Positions 60,066-64,000 of a stretch of 64,000 nucleotides of DNA are shown piece by piece (the stretch's first letter is position 1; each line of letters starts with the position of its first letter). The notes below the pieces were generated by a model. The model was given only the letters and a program-made list of their open reading frames with translations. It had not been told where the DNA came from and ran no database searches. This DNA comes from an uncultured Thermoproteaceae archaeon (GTDB taxonomy: Archaea; Thermoproteota; Thermoprotei; Thermoproteales; Thermocladiaceae), in the NCBI GenBank assembly GCA_964575955.1, contig CAZNTG010000006.1:544001-608000 (forward strand). The letters run 5' to 3'. The translations under genes were made by a program, and so were the position numbers.

Positions 60066-60741
60066 CGGTGGTCTGAATATGTTTGCATATGTCTGAATAT
60101 AAATCTATCGGCAAAGTTTCACTCAGAAACCTAATGTTTTGCTCAAGAAGTTTCTTAACCTTGTGGGAGCGCTTACCATAGATCTTACCTGCAAAGGAAA
60201 CTACTAGAGTTAAGAAGTCCTCGATTAGCTCTTCTAAGGGCTCCTTTTCTTCCTTGAGTACTTCTTCTATTCTGACACCGAACTGCTTGAAGAAGAACTC
60301 GAGGTATTTAAAGCCAAACCTAGTTAGCCTATCTCTGTACGTGATAAGCATAACATCGACTTTTCGATTAGCTACGTACTTCAGGAGTTTCTGAAGTCCT
60401 TTTCTGTTCTCGTCTAGCCCACTGCCAACGTCCGTTATTATGTCGATTATCTTGTAGCCTTTCTCATTTGCATATTTCTTTAGTAACTCTACTTGTCGGT
60501 CGAGGTCACCCTGCTCTTTTTGTTTATGCGAGCTTACTCGCGCATAGATTACGCATCGAATTTCTTTCTTCTCTCCTTGCTGCTTGCCTTTAATGTGCTC
60601 AACTTCTTCTCGTGGGATTAAGTACCTGCCGGAGGGTGTCTTAATTGCGTGGATCTTGCCTTCTCTAATCCATCTCCAGAGCGTAATGTACGAGATACCG
60701 AGCTCACGACAGACATCCCTAGGAGCAAGCAACTCAGTCAT
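59983..60741 (-). CDS. tnpA: IS607 TnpA (MerR-like HTH + serine recombinase)
   Basis: LGISYITLWRW...G HTH, YARVSS, DL.RQ, DVGSGL, DRLTRFGF, FAGKIYG.RS; probable start MTELL at 60741. Confidence 0.95.
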   Translation of the reverse strand: MTELLAPRDVCRELGISYITLWRWIREGKIHAIKTPSGRYLIPREEVEHIKGKQQGEKKEIRCVIYARVSSHKQKEQGDLDRQVELLKKYANEKGYKIIDIITDVGSGLDENRKGLQKLLKYVANRKVDVMLITYRDRLTRFGFKYLEFFFKQFGVRIEEVLKEEKEPLEELIEDFLTLVVSFAGKIYGKRSHKVKKLLEQNIRFLSETLPIDLYSDICKHIQTTDEGEHRPSKGGSPREGDCTYGQVQSSC

Positions 60742-60780
60742 CAAGCATATACACATATATAAAAGCATATAAAGCTAGCT

Positions 60781-61748
<968 letters not shown>

Positions 61749-61846
61749 GAATAAACTAGAAATAAACACAATACAAAAACTCGAAATCCTACCCCTAAAC
61801 TCTGCCTAAGAGATTCTCCAAGGCTCGAACTGTATTGTTGTAAAAT

Positions 61847-61946
61847 TGGCGCCGCCGCCGGGATTTGAACCCGGGACCTACGGGTTTCTGTGCGGGTAGC
61901 CCCCGCTTAACAGCCCGCCGCTCCAACCAGGCTGAGCTACGGCGGC
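61847..61946 (-). tRNA. tRNA-Asn(GTT) with a 22-nt intron at 37/38, CCA encoded
   Basis: Minus strand GCCGCCGTAGCTCAG...CTGTTA|AGCGGGGGCTACCCGCACAGAA|ACCCGT...GGTTCAAATCC; CTGT/ACAG central BHB helix. Confidence 0.95.
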
Positions 61947-62000
61947 TGTTTTAGCTTTATATAGTAGACCTTTTAACCCTTACTCTATATCTCTAGTCTT

Positions 62001-62050
62001 GTGATGAGATTGGTCTTATATGACTAGATGATTTATGGGAACGATGCTGA
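62001..62050 (+). ncRNA. box C/D sRNA
   Basis: GTGATGA-GATTGGTCTTAT-ATGA-CTAG-ATGATTT-ATGGGAACGATG-CTGA. Confidence 0.78.
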
Positions 62051-62081
62051 TATTCTTAAATAATCTACTAGCATGTTGTGA

Positions 62082-62438
62082 TTGATGAAGATTTGTGTTA
62101 TGGTTATTGTTGATGAGAGTAGAGATGATTGTGTTAAAATTATTGAAGATATATTTCAAAAATTGAAAAATATTAGAGATGTATCTCTACACATATACTT
62201 TATCGGTCGTGGAGTTTCTACAGTTATTCCAAAGGTTAAGGAAGTACTACTATCTAACTTGAGTATACCTGTTAGACTTTACATATTTCAAAATATTGAA
62301 GATTTGTTAAAAGCTTTTGACTTAGATTCTCGTGAATGTAGTGAAATGTCTGTTCACCTTGTTTCAAGTGGAAACTATGAGGAAGTAGTTTTTAAATATT
62401 TAAAAGAGAAGGGTATAAGTGAGATGAATATATGCTAG
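62082..62438 (+). CDS. hypothetical protein
   Basis: 118-aa ORF overlapping the start of the radical SAM gene. Confidence 0.6.
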   Translation: MMKICVMVIVDESRDDCVKIIEDIFQKLKNIRDVSLHIYFIGRGVSTVIPKVKEVLLSNLSIPVRLYIFQNIEDLLKAFDLDSRECSEMSVHLVSSGNYEEVVFKYLKEKGISEMNIC

Positions 62439-63985
62439 ATTTTGTAATCACTGTTGACAGAACCTTAATGACAAATCATCATGGTAAGGAGTTTATTGGA
62501 TTCATGACTACAAGCCCCGCTATTGGTGTACCAGAGTTTTTATGGATGTGGATATGTGCACCAAAACCTAAAGTTGATAAGTATGGAATGCCTAGAGAAG
62601 CACCATATGGATTAAGAAAAATTGAAGCAGCACTAGTAAAAGCGGGATTTAGAGCAGGTATTGTAGATCCAGACTACATACATAAGTATGTAGATAAGTG
62701 TAGAGCAATAATGATCGGTCACCATGACTTTTTCGCATTCTGTGCACCAAGTAATACATGGTGGGCTGTTACGAAGAGAGAACCTGTAAACAGGAAATAC
62801 TTTATAAAACTTATGGAAAGTCCTGAAATTAGAAAATTTAAGAAAAGAGGAGGAAAAATCATTGTTGGAGGACCAGCAGCATGGCAATGGCTTCATGTTG
62901 AAGATCTATGGGAGAGATGGTGTGTTGACTGTGTTATTGATGGTGAAGCTGAGAAGATAATAGTCAAAATTGCTGAGAGAATTCTAAATAATGAACCAAT
63001 ACCGAAGTATGTATTCGTAGGTGCTGACGAAGTTCCAAGTATAGATGAGATACCTACAATAATTAGACCAAGCGTTAATGGTCTTATAGAGATAATGCGT
63101 GGATGTCCTAGACATTGTAGATTTTGTAGTGTAACATTAAGACCATTAAGATACATACCACTAAACAAGATTGAAGAAGAGATTAAGGTAAACTATGAAA
63201 ATGGTGTAAGACATGTACTACTACACTCAGAAGATGTATTACTATATGGTGCTGATGGTGTAAAACCTAGACCAGAACCACTATTTAAACTACATGAACT
63301 ATCATTAAAATATGCTGAAAGTCTTGGATGGAGTCATGTAAGTCTTGCAGCTGTAGTATATGCTGAACATAATGGAAAGATTGTTAGTAAAATTACAGAG
63401 ATGATATTTAGCAAGACAGGACAGAAATTTATAGGTGTACAAACAGGAATTGAAACAGGAAGTCCAAGACTTGCAAAGATAATAATGCCAGGAAAAGCAG
63501 CACCATACAAAGCTGATAAATGGCCTGAAATTGTTGAAGAAGCATTTGGAATAATGGCAGATGCAGGTATTGTACCAGCAGCAACAGTAATATTGAACAT
63601 ACCTGAAGAAACACCTGATGACTGTATGAAGACTGTAGAATTGATTGATAGATTGAGAAAATATCCAAGTTTAATAGTACCTATGTATCTAGTACCAATG
63701 GGAATTTTGAAAGATAAAGCAGCACTACTCTCATTTAAGATAAAGCCTGAACATGTTGAAGTTATGTGGAAATGTCTAGAACATTCACTATACTGGGCTC
63801 CAAAATTAGCATCAATGTATTTAAGTGATAAGAAGTCTACAATAGTTAGAACTCTAGTACAACTATTCATAAAGTTTGTAGAATGGAAGAAGAAGGGTAT
63901 AGAGAAGAAGATTAGAGAATATCTTGAAATGGCTGCTGAAGGAACATATGAGCATAAGGCAATTGTTGAAGAAGCAGTACATTAA
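62432..63985 (+). CDS. B12-binding-domain radical SAM protein
   Basis: APYGLRKIEA, IIVGGP, EIMRGCPRHCRFC, GIETGS. Confidence 0.9.
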   Translation: MLDFVITVDRTLMTNHHGKEFIGFMTTSPAIGVPEFLWMWICAPKPKVDKYGMPREAPYGLRKIEAALVKAGFRAGIVDPDYIHKYVDKCRAIMIGHHDFFAFCAPSNTWWAVTKREPVNRKYFIKLMESPEIRKFKKRGGKIIVGGPAAWQWLHVEDLWERWCVDCVIDGEAEKIIVKIAERILNNEPIPKYVFVGADEVPSIDEIPTIIRPSVNGLIEIMRGCPRHCRFCSVTLRPLRYIPLNKIEEEIKVNYENGVRHVLLHSEDVLLYGADGVKPRPEPLFKLHELSLKYAESLGWSHVSLAAVVYAEHNGKIVSKITEMIFSKTGQKFIGVQTGIETGSPRLAKIIMPGKAAPYKADKWPEIVEEAFGIMADAGIVPAATVILNIPEETPDDCMKTVELIDRLRKYPSLIVPMYLVPMGILKDKAALLSFKIKPEHVEVMWKCLEHSLYWAPKLASMYLSDKKSTIVRTLVQLFIKFVEWKKKGIEKKIREYLEMAAEGTYEHKAIVEEAVH

Positions 63986-64000
63986 TAAACATTTCCAAAA

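Larger units (their letters stand above)
58775..60780 (-). mobile_element. IS607-family insertion sequence (tnpA serine recombinase + tnpB), about 2.0 kb, no TSD
   Basis: Removing 58775-60780 restores amt in frame (CTA GGA|ACG GCG TTA CTA TGG = LG|TALLW, boundary ambiguous by 1 nt); GC content is higher than the host. Confidence 0.92.

Overview
AT-rich chromosomal segment of a hyperthermophilic crenarchaeote (Thermoproteota, most likely Thermoproteales-like). The assignment rests on reverse gyrase, rpS26e, archaeal MAT, Hel308, genomically encoded CCA ends, BHB tRNA introns and futalosine-pathway mqn genes. Most genes are housekeeping, with four tRNAs (Ser, Met, Lys with intron, Asn with intron). 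Four things stand out. (1) A complete nitrogenase-like HDK operon at 6-3638 keeps the Fe-protein motifs and most P-cluster cysteines but lacks the FeMo-co ligand Cys, so it is probably a non-diazotrophic nitrogenase-superfamily reductase in a lineage where these are not expected. (2) There is a dense unannotated guide-RNA layer: 12 box C/D sRNAs, eight of them in four convergent pairs (three abutting within 1-3 nt), plus one canonical H/ACA RNA and two tandem non-canonical K-turn guides antisense to the 16S rRNA 790-loop region. (3) An IS607-type element (TnpA serine recombinase plus intact TnpB) is inserted precisely into amt, and both amt and glnK also carry single-base frameshifts. (4) Smaller items include a pseudo-HDAC, a GW/RG-rich NifX protein, an orphan Panacea-like antitoxin and two small ORFs absent from the ORF track. 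All calls are by manual motif recognition and no database searches were run.
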